A DNA stretch of 36,263 bases. Origin: a virus. Taxonomy: Duplodnaviria > Caudoviricetes. This document shows positions 34,452 to 36,263 of the stretch, one piece after another. The stretch lies in the IMG/VR virus record IMGVR_UViG_3300032255_000009, positions 1 through 36,263 of that record. One strand, given 5' to 3'. The translations under genes were made by a program, and so were the position numbers. How positions within the stretch are numbered: the stretch's first letter is position 1; every line of letters begins with the position of its first letter. The notes under the pieces are model-generated. The model saw only the letters and a list, made by a program, of their open reading frames with translations, had not been told where the DNA came from and made no database searches.

Positions 34452-35948
34452 ATGGACAACTCTGATATTAAAAAAGCATCATCTAAAAAAGCACTAAGTC
34501 AGGAAATTGCCTCGCGACAAACTGACCCAAACTTTTATGGTGCATTATCTTACTTACCAAACCCAGACACCATTCTGCGTAAACTTGGTCGCTCACAAGA
34601 AGTGTTTGATTCAATCATTGCCGATGCACATGTCATTGGTGAATTAAGATCCATTCGTTCTGGTTTAATTAAATTTGAATACCGACTTCAAGCCGGTGGA
34701 GAGGCACCTGCAGATATTCGTGCCTTGGAGCTTTGCCAGCAAATAATGAATGATAAACCTGCTAAAGGTATGCAGTGGATCGATACCTTCTGGAATATGG
34801 CTCAGGGTGTGTTCCGTGGATACCAGGTACATGAAGTTGTCTGGAAACGTGAAGGCCAGTTTATGGTGCCAGATAAAATTGTTGACCGCCCACAACGTCG
34901 CTTTTTATTTTCTCCTGATAACGAACTACTTTTAAAAACTAAACAGAATCCAAATGGCGATGAACTTGGAAACTATAAGTGGTTGATCACACGTCACATG
35001 CCAAGTTATGAAAACCCCTATGGTGTGGCATTACTATCTTCATGTTTCTGGCCATACACATTTAAGCATAATGGCTTTAAATACTTTGTTAAGTTCTGCG
35101 AGAAATATGGTATTCCCTGGGCAATTGGTAAATACCCACAAGGCACACCAAAAGCTGATCAAGATGAGCTTGCTGAAGCATTAGCCAATATGATTGAAGA
35201 TGCGGTTGCTGCGATACCTGGTGATGGCTCTGTTGAATTGTTAGAACACAAACACGGTGGCCAACTGGTTCAGGAAAGCTTAATCAAAATTTGTAACAGT
35301 GAAATGAGTAAAGCACTCACATCACAAACACTCGCCACTGAAATTCAAGGTGAAGGATCACGCGCTGCGAGTGAAACACATCGTGGTCGTGAAGAATCAG
35401 TTAATGAATCAGACCGAGTGATCATCAGTGCAGCAATGAATGAGTTATTTACCTGGATAACTGAAATAAATATTGCCGATGCTAAGCCTCCCACCTTTGA
35501 GTTTTACGAAGAAGAAGAAGCCAGGCAAGAATGGGTTGATGTATTCAAGGATGCGCGTGAGTTCATGGATATCCCCTCCAGCTTTGCACATGGTCGACTA
35601 CAAATACCAACGGCAAAAGATGGTGAAGATATATTGCCACGCACAGGTAGTGCTTCACCTGCTGCAGCAGAATTTAGCAAGAGCAGCTGTCCGCATTGTG
35701 AGCATGACTTCAATAAACATGAAGACCCGATGGAAAAATTAACTGACCAGGCAATTGGAGAGGCAGATGAATTCATTGAAGGTATGGTCGATGAAGTCAA
35801 AGAACTATTATTCAGCGCCAACACACTCGAAGAGTTTCGTGATGGTTTAGTGAAAATTTACCCAGACATTACTGAAACCAAGCTCGGTGAAATGACCAGC
35901 ATGGCATTAATGACCGGCTCACTACAAGGTACGGAGGATGCGCAGTGA
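34452..35948 (+). CDS. Portal protein, Mu gp29 / DUF935
   Basis: NPYGVALLS, FCEKYGIPWAIGKY, EMSKAL..QTL, GSRAASETH. Confidence 0.93.
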   Translation: MDNSDIKKASSKKALSQEIASRQTDPNFYGALSYLPNPDTILRKLGRSQEVFDSIIADAHVIGELRSIRSGLIKFEYRLQAGGEAPADIRALELCQQIMNDKPAKGMQWIDTFWNMAQGVFRGYQVHEVVWKREGQFMVPDKIVDRPQRRFLFSPDNELLLKTKQNPNGDELGNYKWLITRHMPSYENPYGVALLSSCFWPYTFKHNGFKYFVKFCEKYGIPWAIGKYPQGTPKADQDELAEALANMIEDAVAAIPGDGSVELLEHKHGGQLVQESLIKICNSEMSKALTSQTLATEIQGEGSRAASETHRGREESVNESDRVIISAAMNELFTWITEINIADAKPPTFEFYEEEEARQEWVDVFKDAREFMDIPSSFAHGRLQIPTAKDGEDILPRTGSASPAAAEFSKSSCPHCEHDFNKHEDPMEKLTDQAIGEADEFIEGMVDEVKELLFSANTLEEFRDGLVKIYPDITETKLGEMTSMALMTGSLQGTEDAQ

Positions 35949-36253
35949 GTGCTGTTAAACCATTATTTATTCCAGTTTTTAAAAAATATTTTCTGAAGTT
36001 TAAAAATGGTGAGCAGGACTGTGAAATTCGCCCTAACAATCATAGGGGGTGGAATTGTAAAAACGTATATCCATTAAGACTAATAACCTTGTCGAGTGGA
36101 TATGGAAAACATGATCGCGTCACTCTTGAAATTCGCAGTACAATGATTACGCCAGATTTAAAAATGGAAAACATACCTCAATGGCATATAGATGCTGTTG
36201 AAAATATTTACGGCCAACAAGATAGCTGGCTCATCGCATATTTAAATACTTAG
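35945..36253 (+). CDS. ASCH/PUA-like domain protein
   Basis: LFIPV.KKYF..FKNG.QD.EIR, ITLSSGYG; GTGA coupling to portal. Confidence 0.6.
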   Translation: MSAVKPLFIPVFKKYFLKFKNGEQDCEIRPNNHRGWNCKNVYPLRLITLSSGYGKHDRVTLEIRSTMITPDLKMENIPQWHIDAVENIYGQQDSWLIAYLNT

Positions 36254-36263
36254 GAAGTTAAAT

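Larger units (their letters stand above)
127..36263. mobile_element. Mu-like transposable prophage/phage (contractile tail), one end captured, other end beyond window
   Basis: DDE transposase + MuB-like ATPase, ner, repressor, GemA, Mor/C, Mu-type terminase/portal/protease/tail/baseplate set; TG-initiated terminal repeats at 127. Confidence 0.95.

Noticed and set aside
2363-35824. Numerous short antisense or alternate-frame ORFs in the track
   Set aside because: Nested in well-supported genes, with no RBS or motif noticed

Overview
Almost the whole window (127 to the end) is a Mu-like transposable myovirus prophage or phage genome, probably from a proteobacterial host. One end is visible: TG at 127-128 followed by two 18-bp repeats with 22-bp period, with ~126 bp of presumed host flank. 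The other end and a Mu gpF-like gene are not in the window. The left arm (minus strand) carries protease/scaffold, capsid, contractile tail, baseplate, a very short tail fibre and a Dam-type methylase in the mom position. The right arm (plus strand) carries ner, DUF3102, transposase A/B, accessory early genes, GemA, Mor/C, lysis, terminase and portal. Relative to Mu, the repressor-to-portal half is inverted around a central putative strong gyrase site. Notable signals: a perfect 26-bp palindrome inside the DUF3102 gene; two matching Mor/C-type late promoters predicting leaderless mRNAs, one possibly bidirectional; a structured leader occluding the methylase start region; a lambda-type -1 frameshift in the tail chaperone; two unannotated coupled membrane micro-ORFs; and a central accessory island. 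Family names come from motif recognition and synteny, not database searches.
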